The notes: generated by a model from the sequence alone, not told the origin. 64,000 nt of DNA from an uncultured Alphaproteobacteria bacterium (GCA_902537325.1 CACBAT010000002.1:24610-88609); one strand, 5' to 3'. Counted from the stretch's first letter, positions 26,720-38,799 are shown. Program-made: numbers and translations.

Positions 26720-27479
26720 TTTGATTAAATTTTATATAAATATTCCCAAAACTTTCATCTTGTTTTAAATCAATAAAGCCATTTTTTGATAATTCTAAAG
26801 AAGCAACAAAGTTAGATGAGATAATTGATTTATTAATTGTTTTATTAGCTTTAATTAAATTTGGAAGTATATTTAAAAAATTAGTCCATTCTGTAATATT
26901 TCCAAAAATACCTTTTAATCTTTTAACAGCTTGATCAACTGAATAAAGTTCTGAATACTGAATAGTTAATTGTTTTACCTGTTCATTCGATTTAAGTATT
27001 TGACTATATGATTTTAGTAAATCATATAAATTAGAAGTATAATTTATATTATATTTAACTTTGAGACCTTCAGATGACCCACCATAAAAAACATCTCTGT
27101 TAACAAGAGGTCTTGAATAAATAATTTTAGAAATATTTTGAAAAGCCTCTAGTCTCTGTAATTGATATTTTAAAGCCTCTTCTAATTCATAGGCTGTATA
27201 TTCATCAGTTTTTTCTTCTTTTGGCAATAGCAATCTTGATTTCAAATACGTTAGCCATGCTGCCATCACTAAATAATCTGCTGCTATTTCAATATGAATA
27301 TTTCTATATTGATTAATAAAATTAATATATTGATCAGCTAATTCGGATATAGATATATCAGATAAATCAACCTTCTGAGATCTAGCCAAGACCAACAAAA
27401 GGTCTATGGGACCCTCAAAATTATCTAATAATAGGTTAAATTGACCTTCTTTTATTTCTGAATCTGTAACATTTAACAC
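26712..27479 (-). CDS. scpA: segregation and condensation protein A (kleisin)
   Basis: NFEGPIDLLLVLARSQKVDLSDISI and AADYLVMAAWLTYLKSRLLLP motifs. GTG start. Confidence 0.9.
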   Translation of the reverse strand: MLNVTDSEIKEGQFNLLLDNFEGPIDLLLVLARSQKVDLSDISISELADQYINFINQYRNIHIEIAADYLVMAAWLTYLKSRLLLPKEEKTDEYTAYELEEALKYQLQRLEAFQNISKIIYSRPLVNRDVFYGGSSEGLKVKYNINYTSNLYDLLKSYSQILKSNEQVKQLTIQYSELYSVDQAVKRLKGIFGNITEWTNFLNILPNLIKANKTINKSIISSNFVASLELSKNGFIDLKQDESFGNIYIKFNQNE

Positions 27480-27518
27480 AATTTTTTATATAAAATTATT
27501 GAGATTCTCTCAATATTA

Positions 27519-28031
27519 TTAATTTTGTAAATTAAGTATTGTACAACTTTTAACAATAGTAAATAAATCACAAGCTTTAAAGGCATTAATCTTAGAAATA
27601 TAATTTTTATAGGTAATAAAATATTGAGTACCTAATTCAGTTTTTTTATAAAAAACAAAAATATCTTCATGATCTATAATTTCTTTTTTATTTTCTAATA
27701 AATTGTTTAAGAATTTATTAATATTTTCAAAATTATCATTGCTATATAATTGAATTGTGAAATCAAGTTCGTCAATATTTTTAAAATCAAAATCATTAAT
27801 TTCATTATCTATGTTATTTAAACTTTTCTTGTCTAAATAATCCACAACCTCACCTTCTTTATTAGTAGGAATAATAAAATAACTATGAGTAAATTTAGGA
27901 ATGATAAAATACTCCCTATTACTAAAATAATAAAATGAGATAAGATAAAGAATAATAATAAATAGCAATAATAATAAAGAATATTTTAAAATATAATTAT
28001 TTTTTCTTTTAAAAATAATTCTTTTAATCAT
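27519..28031 (-). CDS. membrane-anchored SPOR-domain-like protein
   Basis: Single N-terminal TM. The C-terminal FTIQLYSNDNFENINKFLNNL...YFITYKNYISKINAFKACDLF fits the SPOR beta-alpha-beta-beta-alpha pattern. Sits at the argS-scpA position where alphaproteobacteria carry a SPOR protein. Confidence 0.45.
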   Translation of the reverse strand: MIKRIIFKRKNNYILKYSLLLLLFIIILYLISFYYFSNREYFIIPKFTHSYFIIPTNKEGEVVDYLDKKSLNNIDNEINDFDFKNIDELDFTIQLYSNDNFENINKFLNNLLENKKEIIDHEDIFVFYKKTELGTQYFITYKNYISKINAFKACDLFTIVKSCTILNLQN

Positions 28032-29761
28032 TACATTGTTTCAGGTGCTCTTATATCAATAATTGAAAATATATCTTTTAAAACAACTCTAAATGACTCC
28101 AACCAAAATATTTTTGAAATTGTCTTTTCTGCATTTTTTTCATCTATAAAACGAAGTGATTCATTATCTTTACCTTTATTCCAAATTGAATGGAAATCAG
28201 AGGATATTTCTTCTAAGTAATTGATTAGTCTATGTGGTTCATTATAATATGATGATTGATATAACAGATAAGGATAACAAATTAACTTTTTGATTAATTT
28301 TACCTCCTCATCAGATAGATTTTGTATTGCAGAAAAATTATAATCATTTTTAATTTTTATGTCTAATTCGTTTGCTTTATTAATTACTGATGAAGCTCTA
28401 GCATATGCATATTGACAGTAAAAAACTTTATTATCTTTATTTTTTTCGACAACAGCATCTAAATCAAAGTCAATTGCAGTCTCATTTTTAGTAGAAATCA
28501 TGTAGTACCTTATAGGATCTTTTCCAACCTTAGAATGAACATTAGCTAAAGTCACAAAATTTCCAGATCTTTTTGACATTTTAATTTTTTGTTTATTTTG
28601 AATTAAACTTACAATCTGACAAGTTAAAACATTTAAATAAGTTTCATCATCTTTGATAGCTTTAATTAACGAATTCATTCTTGGGATATAGCCAATATGA
28701 TCAGATCCCCAAATATTTACTAATTTATCAAAATTTCGTTTACATTTATCTAAATGATATGCTGCATCATTAGCAAAATATGTCCATTCACCATTTGATT
28801 TTTTTAATGCTCGATCTTCATTGTCTAATAATTTAGATGATCTAAATAATAATTGCTCTCTTGGCTCCCAATCAGAATTATCACCTTTTGGCTTTTCTAA
28901 AATACCTTCATATAGTAATTTTTTTTCATCTAAAATTGAAAAAAGTTCATCAATAATTTTACTTTTTTCTATTTCAGTTTCGTGAGTAAATTTATCAAAT
29001 CTTATATTTATTAATTCTAAATCTGATTTTATGCGTGAAAGTATATTTTTTAATGCAAAATTTTTAAAATATTGAACAGTTTGTTCTTGATGAAAGTTTA
29101 ACCACTTATCACCATCTTCAATTTTAATTTTTTTTGCAATATCTATTAGGTATTCACCAGGATACTCATCTTCTTCTAATTCAATTTTTTTATCAAATAA
29201 TTGTAAATATCGTTTCAAAAGAGAGTTTGATAATTTATCAATCTGAGAACCTGCATCATTTACGTAATACTCTCTGGTAACATCAAAACCTGTTTTAGTG
29301 TAAAGAGAGCTTAATACATCTCCAAATACAGCACCTCTTATATGGGCTATATGCAATGGTCCAGTTGGATTAGCTGAAACAAATTCAACATTTATTTTTT
29401 TTCCTACACCATAATTAATATAATTTAAAAAATTTTTACTGTAAATTTCCTTTAAACTTCTTAATACAAAATTATCTTTGAGAAAAAAATTTATAAAACC
29501 ATTTTTTGAAACCACAAAATGATCGATAAATTCAATCGATTTAATTCTCTCATTTAATTCTTTTTCAATATTAAAATCTTCATTAATAATTTTTCTTTTA
29601 ACTATTAAATAAAAGTTCGTCGCTAAATCACCTTGTTTATTATTTGAAGAATAATCAATGCTAATCTGTTTTTTATTTATTGGAGATATGAATTTATTAC
29701 TTTCTAAAAAATCTGTGAAATCAAATAAAAAATCTGAAAGGTCTTTAATAAAATTATTCAC
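28031..29761 (-). CDS. argS: arginyl-tRNA synthetase
   Basis: Class I signature ANPTGPLHIAHIRG (HIGH) and the MSKRSG (KMSKS-like) loop. Confidence 0.95.
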   Translation of the reverse strand: MNNFIKDLSDFLFDFTDFLESNKFISPINKKQISIDYSSNNKQGDLATNFYLIVKRKIINEDFNIEKELNERIKSIEFIDHFVVSKNGFINFFLKDNFVLRSLKEIYSKNFLNYINYGVGKKINVEFVSANPTGPLHIAHIRGAVFGDVLSSLYTKTGFDVTREYYVNDAGSQIDKLSNSLLKRYLQLFDKKIELEEDEYPGEYLIDIAKKIKIEDGDKWLNFHQEQTVQYFKNFALKNILSRIKSDLELINIRFDKFTHETEIEKSKIIDELFSILDEKKLLYEGILEKPKGDNSDWEPREQLLFRSSKLLDNEDRALKKSNGEWTYFANDAAYHLDKCKRNFDKLVNIWGSDHIGYIPRMNSLIKAIKDDETYLNVLTCQIVSLIQNKQKIKMSKRSGNFVTLANVHSKVGKDPIRYYMISTKNETAIDFDLDAVVEKNKDNKVFYCQYAYARASSVINKANELDIKIKNDYNFSAIQNLSDEEVKLIKKLICYPYLLYQSSYYNEPHRLINYLEEISSDFHSIWNKGKDNESLRFIDEKNAEKTISKIFWLESFRVVLKDIFSIIDIRAPETM

Positions 29762-30872
29762 TAATCTCCTTGTATAAATTTAGAGCAAATCTATCGGTCA
29801 TTCCTGAAATATAATCACAAATTAATCTTTCAATTTCGATATTTTGATTTCTCCAATCTATAGGTAGTTTATTATTATTTTTTACGAAATAAGTAAACAA
29901 AGTAGATATAACCTTTTTTGAATACTGTCTTTTATCTGATAAATGACTATGATTATAAACTCTTTCGAACAAAAATTTTTTAATTATGTCACAATTTTTC
30001 TTCATTTCATTTGAAAATGAAACAATAAAATTATTATTTTTATGAATAGCATCAATAGAATTGATATTATTTTTAATTAAATTTTTTTTTGTAGTCTCAA
30101 ATATATCATTTATCATATTAGATATGGAATTTCTTAAAACTTGATACACGAGAAGTTTATTCGGAATATCTTTATAGTGATCTCTTAAATCAATTATAAT
30201 TTTTTCAAAAAAACTTAACTCAGCAATATCATCTAATGATATTAAATTTGCTCTAATGGCATCCTCTACATCGTGATTATTATAAGCAATATCATCAGAT
30301 ATGCTTGCTATCTGTGATTCTAAATATGGTTGATCAGTTAAATTTAGATTGTGTAATTTTGAATAATTGTCTAAGTGATAAGATAAATAACCTCTCAAAA
30401 TTCCATTATGTTTTATTATTCCCTCTAAACTTTCCCATGTTAGATTTAATCCATCAAAATCAGGGTGTCTTTTTTCAATAAATGTTAAAACTCTTAAAGT
30501 TTGATCATTATGATTAAAACCTCCAAACTTTTTCATTGAATTATCAAGAGCATCTTCCCCAATATGACCAAAAGGAGGATGGCCTAAATCATGTGCGAGA
30601 GCAACTGTTTCACCTAGATCTTCATCTAATTCAAGTAATCTGCAAATTGATCTTGATATTTGGGCAACTTCCAAAGAATGAGTTAGTCTAGTCCTAAAAT
30701 AATCACTCTCACTTTCAATAAAAACTTGGGTTTTATGTTTTAATTTTCTAAAAGAATTAGAGTGAATAACTCTAGCTCTATCTCTTTCAAATGGATTTCT
30801 TAAATCATCATCTAGCTCATTATATAATCTTCCATTAGAATTATCTGGATTGGCAGCTAAATGTTTGAACAT
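29754..30872 (-). CDS. dGTPase-like HD-domain triphosphohydrolase
   Basis: RTRLTHSLEVAQI and HDLGHPPFGH HD motifs, C-terminal DYISGMTDRFA. Confidence 0.9.
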   Translation of the reverse strand: MFKHLAANPDNSNGRLYNELDDDLRNPFERDRARVIHSNSFRKLKHKTQVFIESESDYFRTRLTHSLEVAQISRSICRLLELDEDLGETVALAHDLGHPPFGHIGEDALDNSMKKFGGFNHNDQTLRVLTFIEKRHPDFDGLNLTWESLEGIIKHNGILRGYLSYHLDNYSKLHNLNLTDQPYLESQIASISDDIAYNNHDVEDAIRANLISLDDIAELSFFEKIIIDLRDHYKDIPNKLLVYQVLRNSISNMINDIFETTKKNLIKNNINSIDAIHKNNNFIVSFSNEMKKNCDIIKKFLFERVYNHSHLSDKRQYSKKVISTLFTYFVKNNNKLPIDWRNQNIEIERLICDYISGMTDRFALNLYKEISE

Positions 30873-30926
30873 AAGAAAATTTATATTATAGTTGTAAAAA
30901 AATAACTAATAACAATATTTAGATAA

Positions 30927-31253
30927 ATGGACAATATAATTGAAGTAACTGAAAGTGCTCAGAATCATATTAACAAGATACTTGTTTCTGAAAAATCTAA
31001 ATATTTCAGAATTACTGTATTAGGTGGTGGTTGTGCTGGATTTCAATATAAATTTGATTTTTCAGATAAACCAAATGAAGATGATTTAATCTTTAATTAT
31101 AAAAATTCTGATGTATTGATTGATAAAACTTCAATTGAATTAATAAAAGGATCGAAAATTGATTATGTTAATGAATTGATTGGATCATCATTTAAAATTT
31201 CTAATCCACTAGCATCTTCATCATGTGGGTGTGGAACTTCTTTTTCAATATAA
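30927..31253 (+). CDS. erpA: iron-sulfur cluster insertion protein (ErpA/IscA, HesB family)
   Basis: GGGCAGFQY and C-terminal SSCGCGTSF cysteine ligands. Confidence 0.9.
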   Translation: MDNIIEVTESAQNHINKILVSEKSKYFRITVLGGGCAGFQYKFDFSDKPNEDDLIFNYKNSDVLIDKTSIELIKGSKIDYVNELIGSSFKISNPLASSSCGCGTSFSI

Positions 31254-32039
31254 ATGAAAATTACAACCTGGAATGTAAATTCAGTCAATGCAAGAATAGA
31301 ACATTTGATAAAATTTATAAAAAAAGATCAATCAGATTTGTATTTAATTCAAGAATTAAAATGTACAAACGAAAGTTTTCCTAAAGAAGAATTAGAAAAT
31401 ATTAATTATAAATGTTATGTAAATGGGCAAAAAGCATGGAATGGCGTAGCGATAATCAGCAAAGAGAGTATTGAAATTTCAAATTTAAATATTCCTAATT
31501 ACCAAGATATAAATTCTAGATTTATTGAAACAGAAATATCTTTAAAAAATATAAAAAATAAAATTAAATTAATAAATATTTATCTTCCAAACGGCAACCC
31601 TATTGAAACAGAAAAATTTGATTACAAAATTGATTGGATGATAAATTTTAATAAATACATAAAAGAATTAATTGATAATAATCAACCAATTATTATAGGC
31701 GGAGATTTTAATGTCATACCAAGAGATGAAGACGTTTATTCACCAGAAAATTTTAAAAATGATGCCTGTGCTCATCCATTAACAAGAGAAAAATTTAGAT
31801 ATCTTTTAAATTTAGGTTTTGTTGATACAGTTAAATACTTTGTTGATGGAAATACAAACTGGACTTTTTGGGGTTACAGAGGAGGAAATTGGCAAAAAGG
31901 TAATGGTCTTAGAATTGATCATTTTCTTACTACGCCAGAAGTAACTGATTTAATTAAGTCAGTTAACGTTAATCGTGAACCAAGAGGATGGGAAAAGGCT
32001 TCTGATCATACACCAGTCACGATTGAATTAGTTAATTAA
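31254..32039 (+). CDS. xthA: exodeoxyribonuclease III
   Basis: KITTWNVNS, LIQELK, GDFNV and SDHTPV motifs of the EEP nuclease family. Confidence 0.9.
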   Translation: MKITTWNVNSVNARIEHLIKFIKKDQSDLYLIQELKCTNESFPKEELENINYKCYVNGQKAWNGVAIISKESIEISNLNIPNYQDINSRFIETEISLKNIKNKIKLINIYLPNGNPIETEKFDYKIDWMINFNKYIKELIDNNQPIIIGGDFNVIPRDEDVYSPENFKNDACAHPLTREKFRYLLNLGFVDTVKYFVDGNTNWTFWGYRGGNWQKGNGLRIDHFLTTPEVTDLIKSVNVNREPRGWEKASDHTPVTIELVN

Positions 32040-32041
32040 TA

Positions 32042-33772
32042 TTAAATATCAGCGTATGTATGTGTTTCGTCTTTTGCTCCCGGTTGAGTAACAGCACCTT
32101 CGTAAGCTGGCCCAACAGTTTGAGAATATTTCCATATAGATCCAGAATTATGATTAGTTTTTCTTGGCTTCCAATCTTTTTTTCTTTTTTCTATTTCTTG
32201 ATCTGAAAGCGTAACGTTGATTTCGCCTTTAACAGCATCTATAATAATCTCATCGCCATCTTTTAGTAAACCTATCATACCTCCTACAGCTGCTTCCGGT
32301 CCTACATGACCAATACAAAATCCTCTTGTGCCGCCTGAAAACCTTCCATCTGTAATTAATGCAACAGTTTCACCTAATCCTTGCCCATATATTGCTCCTG
32401 TTGTTGAAAGCATTTCACGCATACCAGGTCCTCCCTTAGGGCCTTCATATCTAATTATTACCGCATCTCCTGCTTTAATTTCGTTTTTTAAAACTGCAGT
32501 TAAAGCATCTTCTTCTGAGTCAAAACATTTGGCTTTTCCTTTAAAAGTTAAATTTTTCAAACCTGCTATTTTTGATATACATCCATCTGGAGCAAGATTA
32601 CCCCACAGTCCTACGACTGAACTATTTTCACTAATTGGATTATCACATTTATAAACAACATCTTGATTTGTAGGGAATATTACTTCTTTATGATTTTCAG
32701 CTATTGTTTTTCCTGTAACAGTCATGCAGTCTCCGTTTATATAACCACCATCTAATAAAGATTTAATAACAATTGGCACACCTCCTACATCATATAAATC
32801 TTTAGCAACGTACTTTCCGCCAGGTTGCATATCTCCGATATAAGGAGTTGAATTATAAATTTCTACAACATCTCTTAATGTAAATTTTAAACCTGCTTCA
32901 TTAGCTATTGCAGGAAGATGGAGTGCTGCATTAGTTGAACCTCCAGTAGCTGCAACTACTCTTGCCGCGTTTATTAATGAATCAATAGTTACTATATCTC
33001 TTGGTCTTATATTTTTTTCTAATAAATTCATTATAGCTTTGCCACTCTTTTCACCATAAGCTTTTCTTTCTTCAGTATTTACTGCCGGTGGCATAGCCGA
33101 ATTTGTTAGAGCTAAACCAACTGCTTCAGAAATACATGCCATTGTATTTGCTGTAAACTGACCTCCACACGATCCAGCAGATGGGCAAGCAACTTGTTCA
33201 ATATCCTTTAAATCTTGATCTGAAATAGTTCCAGCGGCATGTTTTCCTACTGCTTCAAAAACATCAATGACAGTAACATCTTTACCCTTGTATTTTCCTG
33301 GTAAGATTGAACCTCCATAAATGAATACAGATGGAACATTTAATCTAACCATAGCCATCATTAAACCTGGCAAAGATTTATCACAGCCAGCAAGTCCAAC
33401 TATTGCATCATAACAGTGACCTCTCACAGATAATTCAATGGAGTCTGCAATAACCTCTCTACTAATAAGAGAGGATTTCATTGCCTCATGACCCATAGCA
33501 ATTCCATCTGTTACTGTTATAGTTGTAAATTCTCTTGGTGTTCCTCCAGCATCTTTGACACCTGTCTTCACATGTTGCGCTTGATCCTGCAGTGTAATGT
33601 TGCAAGGAGCTGATTCATTCCAGGTGCTAACAACTCCAACAAATGGTTGATAAATTTCATGTTCTTTCAATCCCATAGCATAATAGTAAGATCTATGAGG
33701 CGCACTTTTAGGCCCTACACTAACATATCTACTAGGTAGATTAGATTTTCTATTTGAACCCTTATTTTCCAT
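32042..33772 (-). CDS. ilvD: dihydroxy-acid dehydratase
   Basis: GCDKSLPG and [11 protein letters not shown] signatures, 576 aa. Confidence 0.95.
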   Translation of the reverse strand: MENKGSNRKSNLPSRYVSVGPKSAPHRSYYYAMGLKEHEIYQPFVGVVSTWNESAPCNITLQDQAQHVKTGVKDAGGTPREFTTITVTDGIAMGHEAMKSSLISREVIADSIELSVRGHCYDAIVGLAGCDKSLPGLMMAMVRLNVPSVFIYGGSILPGKYKGKDVTVIDVFEAVGKHAAGTISDQDLKDIEQVACPSAGSCGGQFTANTMACISEAVGLALTNSAMPPAVNTEERKAYGEKSGKAIMNLLEKNIRPRDIVTIDSLINAARVVAATGGSTNAALHLPAIANEAGLKFTLRDVVEIYNSTPYIGDMQPGGKYVAKDLYDVGGVPIVIKSLLDGGYINGDCMTVTGKTIAENHKEVIFPTNQDVVYKCDNPISENSSVVGLWGNLAPDGCISKIAGLKNLTFKGKAKCFDSEEDALTAVLKNEIKAGDAVIIRYEGPKGGPGMREMLSTTGAIYGQGLGETVALITDGRFSGGTRGFCIGHVGPEAAVGGMIGLLKDGDEIIIDAVKGEINVTLSDQEIEKRKKDWKPRKTNHNSGSIWKYSQTVGPAYEGAVTQPGAKDETHTYADI

Positions 33773-33773
33773 T

Positions 33774-36401
33774 CTATTTGATAGTATTTATTATTTGATC
33801 AATTTTTTCAATAGAAGATTTATAATTATTTGCCTCATTTTTAAATTTATTAATAATTTCTTCTGAAGCTTTATTCATGAAGTTATCATTTTTTAATTTG
33901 TCATTAACTTTATTAAATTTTTCTTGCTCAACTTGTTTTTTCTTATTTAATTTTTTTAATTCTGCTTCTGAGTCAATAATACCATCTAATGGGATTAAAA
34001 CTGATAATGATGTTAATACAATTAAAGCTGAATTCTTATTAGGTTGAATTTTATCAAAACTAATATCTTTAGTTTTTAAAAAATTACTAATTTCATTTTT
34101 ATATGCAATTAGAAAATTATTAAGTTCTTCATTTTTTGCTTCTATGGAGATATTAATTAATTGTTTGTAGGGTATATTTAGTTCTGATCTCAAATTTCTT
34201 ATAGATGTTATGAATTCAATAAATATTTCGAAGTTTTTTTTAGAATTATTAAAAGAATTATTTGTTGAATAATTTTGAAAAACTTGGTTCATTAAATATG
34301 ACTTATCGTCAACTAAAGATCTCCATAATTTTTCACTTATAAATGGCATAATGGGATGTATGATCTTTAAAACTTGAATAAATGTCCATCCAGAAACTTT
34401 TTTAATTTCATCAGCAAATTTTTCATTTTCAAAATTTTGTTTAATAATTTCAATGTACCAATCACAATAAGTATGCCATACAAAATGATAAATTTTATTG
34501 GCTATTTCATGAAACAAATACTTTTTAGTTAATTGATCAAGTTGAGTGTTCAAATCATTCAATTCTTTTATTATCCATTTGTTTGCATCAAAAATAATTG
34601 TATCAATTGTAATATCATCTATAAATATTGAATTATTCAATTGTAAAAATTTTCCAGCATTCCAAATTTTATTTGTGAATGATTTATATCCTTTAACTCT
34701 AGATTCAGATAATTTTACATCTCGTCCAGGATTTAATAGTGCTGTTAATGTAAATCTTAATGTATCAGCGCCATATTTATCTAATAGCTCTAAAGGATCA
34801 ATTATGTTCCCTTTTGATTTAGACATTTTTTGTCCTTTTTCATCACGTATTAATGGATGAATATAAATATCTTTAAATGGAGTTTCCTTCATAAAATAAG
34901 AACCCATCATCATCATCCGCGCAACCCAAAAAAATATTATATCAAAACCAGTAACCAAAACATTGCCGGGATAAAATTTATCTAACTCATAAGTTTTATT
35001 TGGCCAATCTAAAGTAGAAAATGTCCATAGAGCAGAAGAAAACCAAGTATCTAGAACGTCTTCATCCTGTCTAAGCTCAACATCCTTTCCATAAAATTCT
35101 TTTGCTTGATTTTGTGCCTCTTCTAGAGTTTCATTAACAAAATATTTATTATCAGGACCATACCATGCAGGAATTTGATGCCCCCACCATAACTGTCTTG
35201 AAATACACCACGGTTGAATATTTTCCATCCAATTATAAAATGTATTTTCCCATTGTTTGGGAATAAATTTAGAACTATTATCTCTAACAGCTGATATTGG
35301 ATCAACTGATAATTTTTTTGCATCACAAAACCATTGGTCTGTCAGCCATGGCTCAATAACAACACCAGATCTATCGCCATATGGTATAACCATTTGCTGT
35401 TTTTCTTCTTTAATGAATAAATTCATTTCATTTAATTTTTTTAAAATTAGTTTTCTTGCTTCAAATCGATCTAAATTTTGAAATTCTTCAGGCACATTTG
35501 AGTTTAGTTTAGCATTTTCATCAAAAATATTAATAAATTCTAAATCATGTCTCTTTCCTACTTCAAAATCATTAAAGTCATGTGCAGGTGTAATTTTTAC
35601 AGCTCCAGAACCTTTTTCAGGATCTGCATATTCATCAGCAATGATTGGTATTTTCTTATTTGAAATTGGTAAGTTACAAAATTTGCCAATTAGATTTTTA
35701 TATTTTTCATCATCTGGATGAACGGCGACTGCTGTATCACCTAACATTGTCTCAGGTCTTGTTGTTGCAACAATGATATGATTATTTTCATCTATAGGAT
35801 ATTTAATATGCCATAAACTTCCTTCAGTATCTCTTTGCTCTACTTCTAGATCAGAAATAGCTGTTAAAAGTTTTGGGTCCCAATTCACCAATCTCTTATC
35901 TTTATAAATAATTCCATCATTAAATAAATTAACAAAAACTTTCTTAACTGCATTAGAAAGCCCTTCATCCATAGTAAATCTCTCTCTTGACCAATCTGCA
36001 GAAGCACCAAGTCTTCTTAATTGATTACTTATTTGACCACCCGACTCTTTTTTCCATTCCCATACTTTTTCAATAAACTTTTCTCTACCTAAAGATCGTC
36101 GATCTAAGTTTGACTCACTTAATTTTCTTTCAACGACCATCTGAGTAGCTATTCCTGCATGATCTGTCCCTGCTTGCCACAATACTTCCATTCCCTTCAT
36201 TCTATGGTATCTGATTAATATATCTTGAATTGTGAAGGTTAAAGCATGACCCATATGTAAGCTGCCAGTAACATTAGGTGGTGGCATCATTATAGAATAA
36301 GGCTCACCTCCTTTTTGTGGTTTAAAACAATTTGATTGCTCCCATTGAGAATAAAGTTTTTTTTCATCTTTTAAATAATCAAAAAATTTATCAAGTTGCA
36401 T
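33774..36401 (-). CDS. valS: valyl-tRNA synthetase
   Basis: [15 protein letters not shown] (HIGH), KMSKSKGN and a C-terminal coiled coil. Confidence 0.95.
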   Translation of the reverse strand: MQLDKFFDYLKDEKKLYSQWEQSNCFKPQKGGEPYSIMMPPPNVTGSLHMGHALTFTIQDILIRYHRMKGMEVLWQAGTDHAGIATQMVVERKLSESNLDRRSLGREKFIEKVWEWKKESGGQISNQLRRLGASADWSRERFTMDEGLSNAVKKVFVNLFNDGIIYKDKRLVNWDPKLLTAISDLEVEQRDTEGSLWHIKYPIDENNHIIVATTRPETMLGDTAVAVHPDDEKYKNLIGKFCNLPISNKKIPIIADEYADPEKGSGAVKITPAHDFNDFEVGKRHDLEFINIFDENAKLNSNVPEEFQNLDRFEARKLILKKLNEMNLFIKEEKQQMVIPYGDRSGVVIEPWLTDQWFCDAKKLSVDPISAVRDNSSKFIPKQWENTFYNWMENIQPWCISRQLWWGHQIPAWYGPDNKYFVNETLEEAQNQAKEFYGKDVELRQDEDVLDTWFSSALWTFSTLDWPNKTYELDKFYPGNVLVTGFDIIFFWVARMMMMGSYFMKETPFKDIYIHPLIRDEKGQKMSKSKGNIIDPLELLDKYGADTLRFTLTALLNPGRDVKLSESRVKGYKSFTNKIWNAGKFLQLNNSIFIDDITIDTIIFDANKWIIKELNDLNTQLDQLTKKYLFHEIANKIYHFVWHTYCDWYIEIIKQNFENEKFADEIKKVSGWTFIQVLKIIHPIMPFISEKLWRSLVDDKSYLMNQVFQNYSTNNSFNNSKKNFEIFIEFITSIRNLRSELNIPYKQLINISIEAKNEELNNFLIAYKNEISNFLKTKDISFDKIQPNKNSALIVLTSLSVLIPLDGIIDSEAELKKLNKKKQVEQEKFNKVNDKLKNDNFMNKASEEIINKFKNEANNYKSSIEKIDQIINTIK

Positions 36402-36406
36402 CGTAA

Positions 36407-36691
36407 CTATTTTGAATCGAAATAATTTTTTAGTAATTTAGGGATTTTCTCATCAAGTATTTTTTCAATTTTATTTTCTACAAGATAGGAGAGTTTATGG
36501 TCTATAATATCATTAATTTCATTATTTATATCTTCGTTTTTTTTAAGTAAATTTATTGTACCATCACTATTAACCTTTTGATTAAGTATTAAAATATCAG
36601 ATGAAGAATGTTTATTTGAATCGTTTTTATCATCTTCAAGTGCTCTTCTTATGATTTCAAGAGATTCATTGATAGAGTTTTTTGTATTCAT
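36407..36691 (-). CDS. minimal PopZ/DUF2497-like protein
   Basis: SLEIIRRALEDD resembles the PopZ N-terminal EEILASIRRIISEDD, and C-terminal ILDEKIPKLLKNYF resembles EWLDQNLPRIVE. Lies between valS and tolC, as popZ does in other alphaproteobacteria (recalled). Confidence 0.5.
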   Translation of the reverse strand: MNTKNSINESLEIIRRALEDDKNDSNKHSSSDILILNQKVNSDGTINLLKKNEDINNEINDIIDHKLSYLVENKIEKILDEKIPKLLKNYFDSK

Positions 36692-36728
36692 ATAGATATT
36701 ATAAATGTTTAATTAAATTAATAAAACT

Positions 36729-38015
36729 CTAATTATAACTAGGAAGATACTCCTCAAATAATTTAATAAGTGAACCATCTAAAGCTAGTAAATTGAAATA
36801 ATTAATCAGATAGTTTTTATTTGCATTAAAATACTCGACATATACATTTAAAAGATTAGTTTCTGCTTCTATTAAATCAGTGATAGATTTTGTCCCAAGG
36901 TTGTATTCCTCCTGAGTACTTTCTAGAAGAGTATTTGCATATTCTATAGTTAATAAAGATGTATTTAAATTTGATTTACTAACTAAATAGTTTTTATAAT
37001 AGTTCGATACCTCGATATTTAGACTTTCTTTAAGATCCTCTAATTCAATTTCAGTTTGTAAGATTTGAGAATTTATTTTTCTAATATCTGATTTATCAAT
37101 GTTTTGCTGAAATATAGGGATTGTTAAAGTTAAGCCTATTGATGCATTGGTATTTTCAGTTCCAGCATCTATTCGAGAACCATCCGAATACTCAGTTGAA
37201 GCTGTTATATCTAAAGTAGGTCTATTAGAACCTTTTTCTTTTAAAAGATCAAGTTCTTTAATTTTAATATTATTTTGAGCAATTAAAATATTAAAATTAT
37301 TGTTATAAACTTCAGAAAGTATGTTATCAAAATTAATATCATCTTCTATATTTACATAATCTTCTAAATTAACAGCTTCTTTACCAACAATTGATTTAAA
37401 TGTTTTTAAGCTAACTTTATAATTTTGTTCAGCTGAAAAAAGATTTGTTTCAGCAATTGAAAAAGCACTCTCAGCATTTTTCAGTTCTGTTATAGTTGAT
37501 GATCCTAATTCATATTTTAATTTTACTTCCTCTAAAAATCTAGCAACGGAGTCAAAATTCTTTTTAGAAGCCTCTAATGATTTTTCATAATTTATTACGG
37601 TTAAATAACCTTCTACAGCTTTTAACGATAGATCTTGAACTGTTTTATAAAAGTTTATTACTGCATTTTCGTAAATAATTTTTGATCTTTCAATTTCTAA
37701 ATTTTTTTCACCACCATTATAAAGATTTTGAGTAATACTAATTTTATACTTATCTGTAAAAGTTTCTGGTGTTGTTTCTTTACCTAAAGAAGATGTGGTG
37801 TCATTATTACTATATGATCCAGAAATAGTTCCTGTAACAGTTGGAAGTTTTTTACCTACAGCTACCTCTATTGTTTCTTTACTTTCATTTAGTTTTTCAA
37901 AAGCAATTTTTACCTTCAAATTATTAACAATTGTACTTTTTACAGAATCATCAATTGATAGAGCAAATATAGATTTTGAGTAAATAAATATTAATAATAA
38001 AAAAAACAGTCTCAT
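36729..38015 (-). CDS. tolC: TolC-family outer-membrane efflux protein
   Basis: Signal peptide and two repeated coiled-coil/beta halves, 428 aa, with repeated OEP-type patterns. Confidence 0.85.
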   Translation of the reverse strand: MRLFFLLLIFIYSKSIFALSIDDSVKSTIVNNLKVKIAFEKLNESKETIEVAVGKKLPTVTGTISGSYSNNDTTSSLGKETTPETFTDKYKISITQNLYNGGEKNLEIERSKIIYENAVINFYKTVQDLSLKAVEGYLTVINYEKSLEASKKNFDSVARFLEEVKLKYELGSSTITELKNAESAFSIAETNLFSAEQNYKVSLKTFKSIVGKEAVNLEDYVNIEDDINFDNILSEVYNNNFNILIAQNNIKIKELDLLKEKGSNRPTLDITASTEYSDGSRIDAGTENTNASIGLTLTIPIFQQNIDKSDIRKINSQILQTEIELEDLKESLNIEVSNYYKNYLVSKSNLNTSLLTIEYANTLLESTQEEYNLGTKSITDLIEAETNLLNVYVEYFNANKNYLINYFNLLALDGSLIKLFEEYLPSYN

Positions 38016-38675
38016 TTAAAATTTAAAATCCTCATAATCTTCTTGAATTTGATAAGTACTCATTACATCAAATAAATACTCAGATGAATATAAATCTTCA
38101 TTTCTTATTATTTTGTAAGCTTTGCCCAAATTATCATATATTTTTTTAATATATATTAACCTTCCTCCATTTATTGTAAGTTGCTTCTTTAACTTATCAG
38201 TTATTTTAAATATAGGTCCGTCAATAATAATTAAATTAAATGGTGCTCTATCAGACAATCCATCTAATAAATTATGATTAAATAAACTAATATTAGTATT
38301 ATCAGTATTGTTAATATTATGTTCTAATAATTTAAATAGTTCTCTATTTTCTTCCACAACATGAAGTTCTTTACATAATGAGCTAATTAGAGAAGAAAAA
38401 TAGCCCGTTAAACCACCTATATGTAATACCTTATCATTAGGTAAAATTTTCGAATATTTTATAATTTGAGCAAGGTGTAAATTTTTAAGATATCCTCTTT
38501 TCTCAGTTATATCTAAATTATTATCTAGGTAACAATTCTTACCTAAGCTGACATCCAAATAATTTTCTTTAGGAGTATTTTCAAATATTTCTAAAATATT
38601 TTCTTCATTGATTTTGTTTGGTCTTAATTGATTAACAACCATATTTTTTCTTGCAATTTCAAATGTTTCACTCAT
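38016..38675 (-). CDS. Pcm-like SAM-dependent methyltransferase (second protein-L-isoaspartate O-methyltransferase family member)
   Basis: MVVNQLRPN start and VLHIGGLTGYFSSL SAM-binding motif. Abuts the tolC start codon, as in other alphaproteobacteria. Confidence 0.7.
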   Translation of the reverse strand: MSETFEIARKNMVVNQLRPNKINEENILEIFENTPKENYLDVSLGKNCYLDNNLDITEKRGYLKNLHLAQIIKYSKILPNDKVLHIGGLTGYFSSLISSLCKELHVVEENRELFKLLEHNINNTDNTNISLFNHNLLDGLSDRAPFNLIIIDGPIFKITDKLKKQLTINGGRLIYIKKIYDNLGKAYKIIRNEDLYSSEYLFDVMSTYQIQEDYEDFKF

Positions 38676-38799
38676 TTCTTAAAGGATGCTTTATATAAAC
38701 CTGTTATATAATCAATTATTTAAATTATATTATTAATCTTTAGAATTTTTTTTCATTAATTGACTAGAAATAATATAGTGATAATTGTCATTTTTTTTA

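Noticed and set aside
38676-38799. A possible promoter for the tRNA pair (TTGACT ... GATAAT) and a similar TTGACA-based candidate upstream of cysE (7415-7443).
   Set aside because: The spacing is 14 nt for the tRNA candidate. The -10 of the cysE candidate is only TTTAAA. In sequence this AT-rich such matches are expected by chance, so they are not reported as features.
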